NCBI RefSeq assembly: GCF_006345805.1
Contig: NC_043000.1
Span: forward strand, 161,262,001 to 161,326,000
DNA: 64,000 nucleotides
Direction: 5' to 3'
Origin: Octopus sinensis
Taxonomy: Eukaryota
Both the position numbers and the translations under genes were made by a program. The notes below the pieces were generated by a model, which saw only the letters and a program-made list of their open reading frames with translations, was not told where the DNA came from and ran no database searches. Positions 39,362 to 52,892 of the stretch are shown in pieces. The number at the start of each line of letters is the position of its first letter. Position 1 is the first letter of the stretch.

Positions 39362-39987
39362 AATATATACACAAACTAGATTATAAGCGTGTCCCTGCTT
39401 GTGTCAGTGTACACGTCTATACTTACGTGTGTTGGTTTTTTTCCTTCGTTTAATGATCTTTTCATGTGTTGTTTCGATCTGGGGAACACTGATTTGGATG
39501 TACACAAAGGTATGTTGCTACGCAAGCAATGGGATAACTAATCATTGAAGCGCAAATTAATATTTCAGTGAAGACCAGTACAGCGATGAATTGTGCAACG
39601 TTAATTAAATTAAAACAGAGAAAATAAACGGAGATTTAGAACAGCTTATGAACGCTGCGTGGGTATTATTGTCTTAGAGTGCGGGTATGATTGTATTATT
39701 GATTTGGTTTAAGTGTTTGGAGGGTTATTCTTGCAATGTGTGGCGTTGATGGCAGATGCTTTTAGCGATGTTTATGTGTCTGTTGGAATGTAATGCTTGT
39801 GTGTATGTCTGCATGAAATATTGAGAATATATTTTTATTTTGTGGTATACGCACACATACACACACACATAGAAACACACAAACATATATATTTATATAC
39901 ATAGGCAAGAATATATGAAAGATATATATACCTATACACGTACACATATATAGATATACTTATATATATGTATATATATATATAAGG

Positions 39988-40018
<31 letters not shown>

Positions 40019-40086
40019 AGCACAACTATGTATGAATATTTATGTCTATATATGTATATATGTATGTAAATATGTATGTATATATA

Positions 40087-40137
<51 letters not shown>

Positions 40138-40335
40138 TATATACGTGTGTGTATATGTATATATATATGTATATTATGTATATATATGTGTGTTTGTGTA
40201 TGTATATTATGTATGTGTTTGTGTATGTGTGTGTGCATGCGCGTGCTAATTGCGTGTGCATGTAAGTGTAATGAAGAATGGAGAATTATACATTAAAATT
40301 TATTTGTTAAAAGGCATTTTCTTCATATTGCATAC

Positions 40336-40347
40336 CGGTACCTGTTT
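40336..40347 (-). CDS. Weak candidate 12-nt micro-exon
   Basis: cactttttcaccAG | AAACAGGTACCG | GTATGC. Confidence 0.3.
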
Positions 40348-40889
40348 CTGGTGAAAAAGTGTCTAATACTTATTTGATATAATAGATTTAATCAATTTAC
40401 ATTAAGTCACTTGTTATATATGGACAAATCCAAGGGTTGGCATTTCTGTATAATTTTATTCAAAGTGTTTCCCATACGGTTGCGTGAAGCCTCACGTATT
40501 CTACGCAAAACATGCGTCTGTAAATACATGCACGAAGTGTACAGATATCATTAATTATACACTCGACCATACACACAGTCATATACAAATGTTTTGGTGA
40601 ATGTCACGGGTGCTTTTAGATTAACGGTGTTTAATTAAAATTTTAGGAAATGGAAAATTTCCTTTGCCTAAAGTTTAAGGTATCACGATTATGAAAAAAA
40701 AAACGTGTTCCCTATTGTGATGTGGAAGATGCGAAATTTGGAGTTTAGTGTTCACGATTCTCCTGTGCCAAATATATTCTATATAATGGAGAGAAGGCTG
40801 CTATAATTTTCAGGGGTCCATTTCACGTTTGTCATCATGATGCTTAATTTTCTACTGGCTGATGTGGAGAACTGAAAGTACACGTCTAC

Positions 40890-40907
40890 CTTCTAAATTC
40901 GCAACCT
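40890..40907 (-). CDS. Weak candidate 18-nt micro-exon
   Basis: cttctgttttctatcAG | AGGTTGCGAATTTAGAAG | GTAGAC. Confidence 0.3.
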
Positions 40908-41849
40908 CTGATAGAAAACAGAAGTAAATGTTACTGCGCATATTATGACTGAAACAATATAATGTGTGCATGACAAGACGCAGAAAACTTATTACCCATT
41001 ATCTGTTTTAATTCAGTGTTACTGTTCCCATAAATTAATTATATTATTGTGATTCATAGAACTATTCACATATTTGCTTTTGGAATGGGAATTACTTTTG
41101 AACTCATGAACGGCCTGAAATTTCGTGGATTACGGCTTTCGACTTACATGCATCATTTTGTTTGAGATAAAGTACAGGACAAGATAAAGTAGAGGATATC
41201 TGGTAAAGTACAGAATAAGAATAATTTTACTTGAAATATTGCAGCTAGCGATAAATGTTCAACATTAAAATTTGTTTGATTTTAATTTATAAAAATAACA
41301 TTATAATAAAAAAAAGGTACCATCATTTTGTTAAAATTCTATCGTTAGCTGCAATATTTTAAGTAAAACTTTTCTTGTTCTGTATATTACCAGATGTAAT
41401 AACTTGTCCTGAACTTTTTCAATTGTAATAACTTGTCATGTACGTTTCCAGGTTTATAATCTTATGAATATCATTTCTCTTGCTCGCATTTTTCAATGTA
41501 ATAGAAAAATGGAGATGCTGAAGTCTTTACGTAGAGCGATCAGAGTTTACGAGCATTTCTTTCTTAGAACTTCCTTTCCGGCAAACGAAATTGTACTTAG
41601 TCCTAGTTTAAAGCTATACCCCTTTAACGTAATTATCACCAGAAAGATTATCCTCCAAACATGTGCTGCGCTTGTTTGTATGTTCATATGTGTATGAGTG
41701 TGGGTGACATCGAATACTCAGGACTTCGGTTTTGCAACCTGCAAGTTGTGGATTCAATTGCACTCTAAAGCATCTTGGGCAAATATATTTTTCCTGTAGC
41801 CTCAAATAGACCTGAATAGACAACCGGCTGCGGGGCAATATACTCTTTT

Positions 41850-42063
41850 ACTCTTTTACTTGCTTCAGTCATTTGACTGTGGCCATGCTGAAACACCGCC
41901 TTTAGTCGAGCAAATCGAACCCAGGACTTATCCTTTGGAAGCCTAATACTCATTCTATCGGTCTCTTTTGCCGAACCGCTAAGTTACTGGGACGTAAACA
42001 CACCAGCATCGCTTGTCAAGCGATGTTGGGGGCACGAACACAGACACACAGACATATACGTAA

Positions 42064-42144
<81 letters not shown>

Positions 42145-42312
42145 ATACATGTTTACGAGAGGCTTCTTTCACTTTCCGTCTACCAAATCTACTCACAAGG
42201 CTTTGGTTGGCCCGAGGCCATAGTAGAAGACACTTGCCCAAGGTGCCACGCTGTGGGACTGAGCTCGGAGCCATGTGGTTCGTAAGCAAGTTACTTACCA
42301 CACAGCCACTCC
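41850..42312 (-). mobile_element. CORE-like tRNA-derived SINE
   Basis: Homologous along its length to 1183-1585. Confidence 0.85.
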
Positions 42313-42554
42313 TACGTTACTCCTACACCACTCCTACGCTTATACTGGTAATTCAAAAAGCAAAGGTATATCACAATAGCATCTTACGTTAATTCAGGAG
42401 CGGATGACTCATGCACAGATGCATACATACAAATTCACACAAGCATACACGCGCGCTTGCACACACATACACACATGTTGGACTAACTAAACTCATTTTA
42501 AGAATGAGATTAAATATTCATTGTCATAAATACGTATATGCATATAGATATATA

Positions 42555-42597
<43 letters not shown>

Positions 42598-42639
42598 GTA
42601 AATAAATAAATAAATAAATAAAATAAATAAAATAAAATA

Positions 42640-42688
<49 letters not shown>

Positions 42689-43240
42689 TAAAAACGGTAA
42701 GATAACAAAAGAAAGAAAGAGGCCTCAATATTATGTAAAAGAGGAAATTTATCTATAAAATAATGTTACATTGACTCAATAGTCAAGATAAACTTTGAGT
42801 AAATGTAACATATTATTTTATATATATATATATATTTAAAATTTATAAGTTTTATAAGTTTAAATTATTTAAATAAATTTTTTAAATTTTAACTTTAATT
42901 TAAATATTTTAATTGGAATTTTATATTTTATATTTTTTTAATTAATTTTATTTCTATGTATTGGCTTATGATTTTCAATGTTTGATTTGCCTAATAGTGG
43001 TTTTATCTCTAATTTAATATAATATATATTATATATATATATATATATTATATATATATATATATGCTCCCTGTAACCCTCGTCACTTTTCGTGTAATTA
43101 TTTAATTTTGTGGTTTTGAATTGGGTCTAGCCACCTTAATACTTTTATAGTTTACTCATTACCATCTTGCTGAATCAACGACTGATTCCTACGTGAAATT
43201 CTATAAATGCTGACGAAGTAAAGTTCAGCTTCAGCAGCCG

Positions 43241-43298
43241 GAATGTTTATAAGCATTCCTGATGAGCATTAATTTCCATGCGAAATTTGCATGTCAAT
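43241..43298 (+). ncRNA. Degenerate hammerhead motif
   Basis: CTGATGA (43259-65), GCAT/ATGC helix II, GAAA (43282-85); helices I and III imperfect. Confidence 0.4.
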
Positions 43299-45213
43299 CT
43301 AATACTTTCACTTACATATAATAGGACAGCGTTTCATTAACGTAGGTATCCTGTTCTTTCAACACATCCCATGCAAATCAATACTAACGATAATTCAACA
43401 CATATTCTGTATTGAGAATACTGGAATTCTAAAGAATGAATTATACAATTATAAGTTCAGAGATTGAGCCAAGTATCACAGCATATTCACATAGCAGCTG
43501 ATTTGGACGGTGAAAAGTTATGATTTTGCTCTGGTTTAGCATAAGTCAGAACAGATGTTTTGTTCGATTAATATAACCCTTTTTCTTCTTTTTCTGTCAT
43601 CAGACTTTGTTTCATTCTGTTCATTTTAAATTAAAATTGCATGATATATATTTAAAAAACCACGCGCATCCATAACTCGTATTGTAGTTCAAGTATACTT
43701 CACATTTTACCATGGTTAGAAATATCAAAGATTATATATAGAAAAAAACAAACTTGAAGTGTTTGTTCATAAAAAAACTTAGTTTTGCCAACAACACCGT
43801 GTTCATGAACATTAATCTCCGTTATACAACACAAATAATTATTAACAGATTACAATGAAAATCTTCAGAGATAGTTTAACAAACGTAAATAACATTTAAG
43901 ATTCATAATGAATATCGGGCAGTTTATATGTTTACATAGATCATCACTACCGTGATAAACGAGTCAACGAATTTACTTTATTACTAAGCGAAACTGGTAC
44001 AGGGAGAAAATATCTGCTTCTCCTGTATGTCTGTGTTAACGGGTAGAGATAATGATGACTACTAGATATCAAATCACCAGCATGAAAATCCTACACTATA
44101 CTATTTGTATTTCGTGGCTAGCGAATCAACCGATAGTTACTATTCATATTCACGGATAATCTGATCATATACGGATACATTGGTGCATATATGGCTAACT
44201 TTATTTACGTTAATACAATTGTGTACCTTGTGATCGTTTCATGCAACGGACTCTGTAAGTTCAACATTAAAGCTAATCAGTTTTGATTCATGTATATAAT
44301 CTTCGTGCATTTTATTTGTTCTGAAATTAGTTTCAACTACTATGTGTTTTGTCCAATTTGAATGTTCTGTAAGCCTTATGACTGCATGACATAAAGTTTC
44401 GTTGTACGTTAGTAATTTATTATCTGCTTTAGTTATTTTAGGATCTTCAAGCATGCAAAACTTGCAATCAGTTTTTTATATGAATATGTTTGTACTATGG
44501 CTATTATACATCGTTGCAATTTTAAATCAGTACACCAAATAAAATTTCATACATATTGTCAGTGTTGTGGAATAAATAGCTTATATTTATCTTATTTATT
44601 TACTTTAATTTATTTATTTATTGTTACAACATTTATCGTCAGCTTGGTTAATGAAGTCACACTTAAAGTTTATGGCATGAGGAGATGGAGTGGATGTCTA
44701 CAGTTACAGGCTTAGAGGGCGCAATTTTAAGTCATGTTTATTATGCGCGTCTCAGGTATGTTAGTTTTTAAGTTCCTTTGGTAAGGAGTGATATAATCAG
44801 TAACATTTTCTCATTTTCTTATATGTTAGTTTTATCAATACATATTTCTAGCAGAGAATTTTTCTTATTACAGTCTTTTGATTTGAGCACGTCTTGGTAG
44901 TTGAGACAAGTTAGAAGAATTTCCGCAGGTGTTTCATACTGTTTGATTTTTACACTGTTGAGCATGTGATCGCACACCTGAGATACGTGTTCCTTTCAAA
45001 AACAGCATTGTTGCAAACTCTTGATGAATGTACTTAAGGACCATAACACCAGATTTCGACACATTGAAAATGTTGCTAAATTCATGTGCACATCAGAAAA
45101 AATGCATTTTTACTTATTGTTCATATTCAAATACACGTCACTGGCCATATTTAGCCCATTTTTATTTCATTAATACATATTTTGAATTCCATAAATGTTT
45201 TTTATGCATTTTG

Positions 45214-45710
45214 TCCAGCTGGAAACAAAGTAAGGCATCTTTTGTCTCAATGACTCCTACACAGTCACAAGCACATGTTCACAAATGTACGCTAGTCTTC
45301 AGACAATTAGACTTATTTGTGATAGTATTGCTAAGTTTGGGAAAGTGACAAACGAAAGGAAGCAAGAGACTAGAAAGGGAAGATAAAGAGAAGCCAAGGG
45401 CAGATATTAGAAGAGACAGATGTGGGAAGAGACAAAACGAAAAACATATTAAAGAAAACAGTATGAAACTGCTGTGAAACTTTTCGTTTTGTCTTTTCCC
45501 ATATTTGTCTCTTCTAATCTCTGCCCTTGGCTTCTCTTTAACTTCCTTTTCTAGTCTCTCGCTTCCTCTCTTTTGTCACTTTCCCAAAATTAGCAATACT
45601 ATCACGAATAAGTCTAATTATCTGAAGACTAGTGTACATTTGTGAACATGTGCTTCTGACTTTGTAGGAGTCATTGAGACAAAAGATGCCTTACTTTGTT
45701 TCCAACTGGA
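45214..45710. repeat. Foldback inverted repeat, ~230-bp arms, 36-nt spacer
   Basis: Arms 45214-45444 and 45481-45710 are reverse complements with scattered mismatches. Confidence 0.9.
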
Positions 45711-45875
45711 ATATATACATAGATAGATACGTACATTGATGTGTTTATACATGGATATGAGTGCAAGTAGTGAAAGAGTGAAAATGCCAGATTGAGAAAT
45801 AGATACAGAAATATATAGGTAGATAGATAGATAAATAGATAGCTAGCTAGCTAGCTAGCTAGCTAGCTAGCTAGC

Positions 45876-45947
<72 letters not shown>

Positions 45948-46711
45948 CAGACATACATACAGGCAAACAAACATATAGATGTGAATACATATATATATAT
46001 AGATACATTTACAAAATGACATAATGATAGTATCTTAATTTAGCAAATACCAATGGAAATTTTCACTCTATTTCTGTATCATTCATTAGCTTTTTCCTAA
46101 TTTCGTCAGTAAGAATCACTATTAATCTATTTCAGACATCTTAAATCTCACGATCTCTGAAAATTTATACTATGTGAGAAGTAATTTCTCCAGTAGACAA
46201 TGATAAATTCATCTGGAATTATGTAATGATGAATGCATGAAACTTCCTCCGTAACTCGTTTCTAATTATCTCTTGAATAATTATGTCAATTTTTTAGATG
46301 AATACGTTGAGATATCTTGCAATGAAAATATATTTGAAGTACATCCTTAGACAAATACACCTACACACATACATGTTTATGTATGAGAGTGTGTGTGTGT
46401 GTGAGCATGTGAGTGTGTGTGTATGCGTGCGTGTGTATGTATGTGTATGTGTGTGTCTAAGCGGGTGCATAAATGCATATATATATATATATAATTATAT
46501 AAAACATATACAAATATATACGCATAAATGTTTGTATATATGTACATATGTATATATGAATGTATATGTATAAATACATATGTACCTAGATAAGTTTATA
46601 TTTAACTATACATACAGATATATATACGCATGTATGTATGGTGTATCTACCTATCTATTTATTATATGGTATATAAGTATGGACCACACACACACATATG
46701 TATGCACATGT

Positions 46712-46765
<54 letters not shown>

Positions 46766-46818
46766 ATTGGTGAATTGAAGAAATGGAGCTGAACGCAGAT
46801 TGAACAGAAATCGTTTTA

Positions 46819-46908
46819 TTTCATTCTACGCGTGTTTCGAAAGGCACAAATTACCAAAATCCGATTGAATAATGGGACCATATTGTGTCTTTCTCTTCAG
46901 GAAGAAAA
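46819..46908 (-). ncRNA. Type I hammerhead ribozyme motif (mirror copy)
   Basis: Same as 47021-47110 except helix III ACACGCGT. Confidence 0.75.
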
Positions 46909-47020
46909 AGGAAATCCGTTGGAAAAACAAAACGAGTTTCGCCATGGCTCTTAGGAGCACAGTTTGATTTGGTTTTTGCTCCGCCTCTGTTCTGTTTTGT
47001 TGTTTTTCCAACGGATTTCC

Positions 47021-47110
47021 TTTTCTTCCTGAAGAGAAAGACACAATATGGTCCCATTATTCAATCGGATTTTGGTAATTTGTGCCTTTCGAAACACGTG
47101 TAGAATGAAA
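47021..47110 (+). ncRNA. Type I hammerhead ribozyme motif, canonical core
   Basis: Helix I TTTTCTTC/GAATGAAA, CTGAAGA (47029-35), helix II GAAAGACACAA/TTGTGCCTTTC, GAAA, palindromic helix III ACACGTGT, GUA cleavage after 47102. Confidence 0.85.
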
Positions 47111-47434
47111 TAAAACGATTTCTGTTCAATCTGCGTTCAGCTCCATTTCTTCAATTCACCAATAATGTTTTAATTTCAATTATCCGCACCACGCACGGTT
47201 GCAACGCCTGATGGTTGTACCTCCAACCGTGCCGTTTACTGCTGTGATTTTTGCTACTAAGGTATCGGTTAAACTTTTGATTAATCTACTACAAGATTAT
47301 TCATCTTTCTATTTCACATTATATATATATTATATATATATATATATATATATGAATATTATATATACATGTATATATATATATATATAGATATATATAT
47401 ATATATATATATGCATGTATATATGTATATATAC

Positions 47435-47466
<32 letters not shown>

Positions 47467-48524
47467 GATTAAAGAGGGAGAGAGAGAGTAAAGTTTTACT
47501 AATAACTTTATTGACATAACTCCAGTCTTTGGCCGGTATTGTTGAAATTCGCTAACACCGATTATTTCTTTCTCCAATCGGGTCCTTGATATTATCGATA
47601 ATCTTACTATGAATTGACCTTTCACAGCCAATCCGACATATATTGATATTAATTTAGAAATATAATTTACGAATGTAATCTTCTTTTTCTTCTTCTCCTT
47701 TTCTCCTTCCCCTCCAATTCCAGCCTCTACCCACCTCCTCTTTCTTTTTCTTCATTTCCTTCTTCGTTTTCTTCTTCATTATTGTTTCCGTCTTCTTCCT
47801 CATCTACTTCATTTTCATCATGTCCATTTTGCTTCTCTTCTTCGTTTTCTTGTTCTTTCCTACATCTTTTCTTCGTTTTTTCTTTCCTCTTTATTTCTTT
47901 CTTTTCTCCTTCAACTCTTTTTCTCCTTCTTCATCATTATCAGCATCACCTATTTCTTCTCCTCTTTCTTCATCTTCTTTTTCTTCTTCTTCCTTTTCTT
48001 CTTCTTCCTTTTCTTCATCTTCTTTTACCTTATTCTTCTCTTCCTCCTCTTCCTTCTTTTTCTGCTGCTGCTGCTGCTGCTCCTGCTGCTTATTTTTCTT
48101 CTCAGTCTTCATCTTTCTTCTTCTTTCCACTTGACGCATATCGATTCATGTATTTCGTACACCTTTTTTTTAATATAAATAAACTATTGTTAATCGTATG
48201 TACCAAAACCCAAATTACTTTTAATCCTGAAATTGACACTTCTTATTTCGTGTAAATCCCACGCACACCGACCATCAACCAGCTATAGAAACAACAGAGG
48301 CAAAGTATTTGCTGCAGCATGTAAACTCCGTAAACAATGAAACCTCAAAAATCATCTATATATTTATTAAAAGAAATTGCATAAGTAATCATATATATAT
48401 AAAGATATATATTATCAATAACAATAAAGGGTAAAATTAATTAATCATTTTACCAAGTAGTTTGGTATGTTGAAAGAACCATTCTCGGTAACCTTATACA
48501 AAAATTCTATAATTATAACCATAA

Positions 48525-49075
48525 TTATAATGAGGGTTGAGCAAAAATTGCTTCACCACATACCGAAATTTAGAAATAGCAGTTAAAATACTATTGCAGT
48601 ACCATAAGATATCTCCCAGACAGAAATACTCTACAATTCAAGCAGGTAAAGAGAAAAAATAACGAATTCACCCGGTTTTGATTAACTATATACGCATTTC
48701 TGGGATAAAGAGATGTAAAAAGATGTAAAATCATATTTCTACTCACTTACTCCCGTCTTCAGTATAGTATTTCAATCTTAAATTTGAGAGCCCTGATAAT
48801 TAACATACATACTCGACCAAGCGCCATCGAGTAGCATATATCCAAAAACCAGTATTTCCGAAATCAAACAGACGAATGAGATCTCGCATTCCTCCTCAAT
48901 CACCTGTATATAGTTAATCAAAGTCGGGTGGATTCGTTATTTTTTCTCTTTACTTGCGTGAGTTGTAGAATTTTGCTGTCTGGGAGTTATCGTATGGTAG
49001 TGGAATAGTATTTTAACAGCTATTTCTAAATTTCGGTACGTGGTGAAGCAATTTTTGCTGAACCCTAATTAGAAT
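48525..49075. repeat. Diverged inverted repeat, ~170-bp arms around a ~210-bp spacer
   Basis: 48525-48692 versus 48905-49075; related sequence at 54300-54470. Confidence 0.75.
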
Positions 49076-49091
49076 TATTGCTTATATACAT

Positions 49092-50530
49092 ACTCACCTC
49101 CCACATCATCAAAGTGTTTGAAAGAGTGTAAAGATCAAGGATAGCTGACTTCCTGGAGACCCACAAACTCCTAAATGCAAATCAGCTTGGCTTTCGCTGT
49201 GACAGGGACTGTCTAACACAGCTCTTACACCACATTGAATGTGTACCCAAAGCCTTGGGAACAGGTTCGAACTCTGATGTCATATAACTTGACTTCAGTA
49301 AAGCGTTCGACAGGGTAGACCATAACATCCTACTCTCAAAATTGGCAAACGTTGGAATACGTGGAAAAGTTCTACACTGGATCAAGTATTTCCTGGCGAA
49401 TAGAACACAACATGTTGTAGTTGATGGAGTCCACTCAAGCCCAGCAAAAGTCACCAGCGGTATCCCCCAGGGGACTGTCTTGGGTCCGCTACTCTTCATA
49501 ATCTACATATACAACCTTTCCAGTGTCGTACATTACTGCAAAGTGAAAATATTTGCTGATGACACTAAGCTCCAGCAAATCGTCAATGAAGAAGCAGACC
49601 GAACTCAACTCCAGTCTGATCTATATGCTGTGAGTCAATGGGCAGACAGAAATAAAATGCAACTGAACGAAGTAAAATTTGAGCTGATGCATTTTGGAAG
49701 AAATTCCTCACTAAAACAGCCATACTCTCTTCCTTCAGGGGAACCGCTCACAGCCTCTAACAATATCAGAGACCTGGGTGTAATTGTTGATGACGATCTC
49801 AGTTGGAGTGCACACATCAACAAGAAGGTCGATATAGCTCGTAGGATGAGTTCCTGGATCTTAAGAACTTTCCGGTCCAGAGAACAAGATGTCATCATAC
49901 CACTTTTCTCCTCCTTTGTACGGCCACACCTCGAATACTGCTGCCCACTGTGGTCTCCCCATACAAGACAAAATATCTCGAGGATTAAATCACCCCAGAG
50001 AGCACTCACTAAACGAACTGAAGGCATGACTGCTCTCGATTATTGGGATCGCCTTAATGCCTTGAAACTTTACTCTCTCCAGCGTCGCCGTGAGCGGTAC
50101 ATCGTTTGTACGATGTGGAGAATATACCGCCAACTTTGCCCAAACGACCTGAACATTAGCTTCAAGGTTCATCCAAGACTGGGACCACGGGCCATACGTC
50201 CCCCGCCCAATTCAGGATCACAGCATACATGTACACTACAACATAATTTCTTTTCCTCAACAGGCCCTGCCCTATTTAACATTGTCCCGAAAGAGATCAA
50301 AGAGGAACAAGATCCCATCAACTTTAAACGGAGTCTAGATAGATTCCTTCAAGGAATACCAGATAAGCCACCCATAATTGGTTACAACTCACCCAACAAG
50401 AACTTACTACTTGAATGGACCATAAACAAAACTTGACTTAAACAAGATTCGAATAATCCTATCAGGTGGTGCTATTAAGTTAGACATGGCCCGGACCAAT
50501 CATTGGTCGAAACATATCTAAGTTTATCTA
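49092..50530 (+). mobile_element. 5'-truncated CR1-group LINE with a long open RT C-terminal ORF (49342-50436)
   Basis: LDFSKAFDRVDH, SGIPQGTVLGPLLF, FADDTKL, RPHLEYCCPLWSP; (ATCTAAGTTT)2 tail then (TA)n. Confidence 0.93.
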
Positions 50531-50561
50531 AGTTTATATATATATATACATATATGCATAA

Positions 50562-50595
<34 letters not shown>

Positions 50596-50619
50596 GTATA
50601 TATATATATATATAATATA

Positions 50620-50651
<32 letters not shown>

Positions 50652-50769
50652 TATATATGCATGAATGTATATTTTCCTGCCTATATATAGGTGTATATAT
50701 ATTTATGTGAGTATATATATATCAATAGAGAAATTTATAGTCTAAGCGACAGTTACGATGACGAACATG

Positions 50770-51000
50770 ACGGTGTACATAGCAAATGAAACACCAAATT
50801 AATGGTGAAAAGTACGTACGACAATCAACGAAAGGTACAATGACCAGACACGGCTATTTGATCAACCAACATTTTAACCAGAGACTTTAGGTTTTCGACT
50901 CTTATTGTTCATCCTGAAAGCGCAACGTTCTAACGAAAGAAAACGAGGACTAGTCTTACGACTGAAGACATTTGTGGAGCTACAATTGCCTACAGATTGT
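50770..51000 (+). mobile_element. Possible decayed Penelope GIY-YIG end
   Basis: GEKYVRQSTK and NQHFNQ resemble the YVGQT and H motifs of the PLE endonuclease; heavily mutated. Confidence 0.3.
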
Positions 51001-51296
51001 AAATGAAGTGGACGGACCCAAAATACAGGCACGAAAATCAAGACAAAACGCATGAAGATTGTAAACAAGACGGTCGTATATTATCCAATGCAAACACAAG
51101 CAGAAAATACTAACAAATTTGAAATTAAAGAAACAATATTTTCCAGATGCAAACTAAACGGTGGCAGCTATTTAATACCTGTGGTCAGTGCGATAATCAC
51201 GAAGAAGCGGAGAGACAAAGAACGTGGAAATCAAGGGGAGCCGATAAAAAGAATAAAGGGTGTATTTGCAAAAGAGAAATAAAAGGAGAGAGATAA

Positions 51297-51354
<58 letters not shown>

Positions 51355-51384
51355 TACATATATACATATATACACATATATTAT

Positions 51385-51463
<79 letters not shown>

Positions 51464-51692
51464 AGAGAGAGAGAGAGAAAGAGCAGGAGTGACTGATAAG
51501 CTAACGTGAGAATAAGATAGTGAGAAAAAGTGGTAAGACAGAATGAGAAAAATGCGTGTAAGGCACAGTGGTGAACAATACTAACCTACACGAATATATA
51601 TATATAGAGAGAGAGAGAGGGCTCTGTGTGTGTATAAATGTATGTTTATGAATGGGTCTGTATAGGTATGAACATGAATATATAGGCATAAA

Positions 51693-51758
<66 letters not shown>

Positions 51759-52086
51759 GAATGTATGTATAAATACACATGCGCACGCACACACACACAT
51801 ACGCACACAAACACATGTAGTATGCTTCAGTTTAGAAACACAAGGAAAATCTGCTTTGTGCAGAATAAAATGTAAATATGTATTGCATTTTTGTCATTTT
51901 CCCCATATAATGATCGAAATTTCACAAATATCTCTGAACATGTACAGATTTCTGAAACTTTCTGTCAAAATAATATAAATGGACAATATGTGTGTAGACA
52001 AATTTATAAGGAAATCCTGGAAAATGAAGATGCATAGCTAGTGCAGGTGTACGTATACATCTCTATCTATATCTATATGTGTGTGT

Positions 52087-52185
<99 letters not shown>

Positions 52186-52206
52186 CATAGATAGATACAT
52201 AGATAA

Positions 52207-52270
<64 letters not shown>

Positions 52271-52400
52271 ACTCGCGTACATAAAGACTGAGAGCCGAAT
52301 CTATTCATAGATATATTTCTATCAATGTGATGTGTGGAATACATGTGAATGTGCATATAGAAACATACATACAAAAAAACACACACCTACACATACATAC

Positions 52401-52524
52401 TGGCAATTACACTCCCACACACAAAAACATCTATAATTTCATAAGTGCATGTCCCATTAGCAGAAGGAAAAGCATATGCTGACAAGGCATTTCCTGTAAT
52501 ACCGACAGCAGAATATGTGTTTGC
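52401..52524 (-). CDS. Candidate 124-nt exon (ANTYSAVGITGNALSAYAFPSANGTCTYEIIDVFVCGSVIA)
   Basis: ttttctcacttactcacgctcAG acceptor, CCA|GTATGT donor; only phase 0 is open; complex island between microsatellites. Confidence 0.5.
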
Positions 52525-52794
52525 CTGAGCGTGAGTAAGTGAGAAAATGTACGTGTATGCATTTGCATTTGCAGAGGCGTTTTTGCTTCTGCATACACGA
52601 AGAGATATATGAAAGGATGTACCTATTGGGAAACAATTGGTGTTCTTGCCATGAACTACAAATATATATACTTGTGTGTGTGTATGTCTGTGTGTGTGCG
52701 CAAGGGCGCACGCATGTGTGTACGTATGTGCGTGTGTATGTACATGTATGTGTTTGTGTGTCGGTGTGTTTTTGTGCATATATATACACATGTA

Positions 52795-52827
<33 letters not shown>

Positions 52828-52836
52828 GTAAGTATG

Positions 52837-52892
<56 letters not shown>

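Larger units (their letters stand above)
46757..47172. mobile_element. Young foldback element carrying one hammerhead ribozyme per arm
   Basis: Arms 46757-46930 and 47000-47172 differ at about 2 positions; ~69-nt spacer; (TA)n at the left end and again from ~47320. Confidence 0.9.

Noticed and set aside
48455-48500. Hammerhead-like TTGAAAGAACC..GGTAACC
   Set aside because: Neither core segment matches, and the related copy at ~54360 does not restore them.
52623-52655. 33-nt exon candidate beside 52401-52524
   Set aside because: Every phase gives a stop, within itself or when joined to the 124-nt exon.
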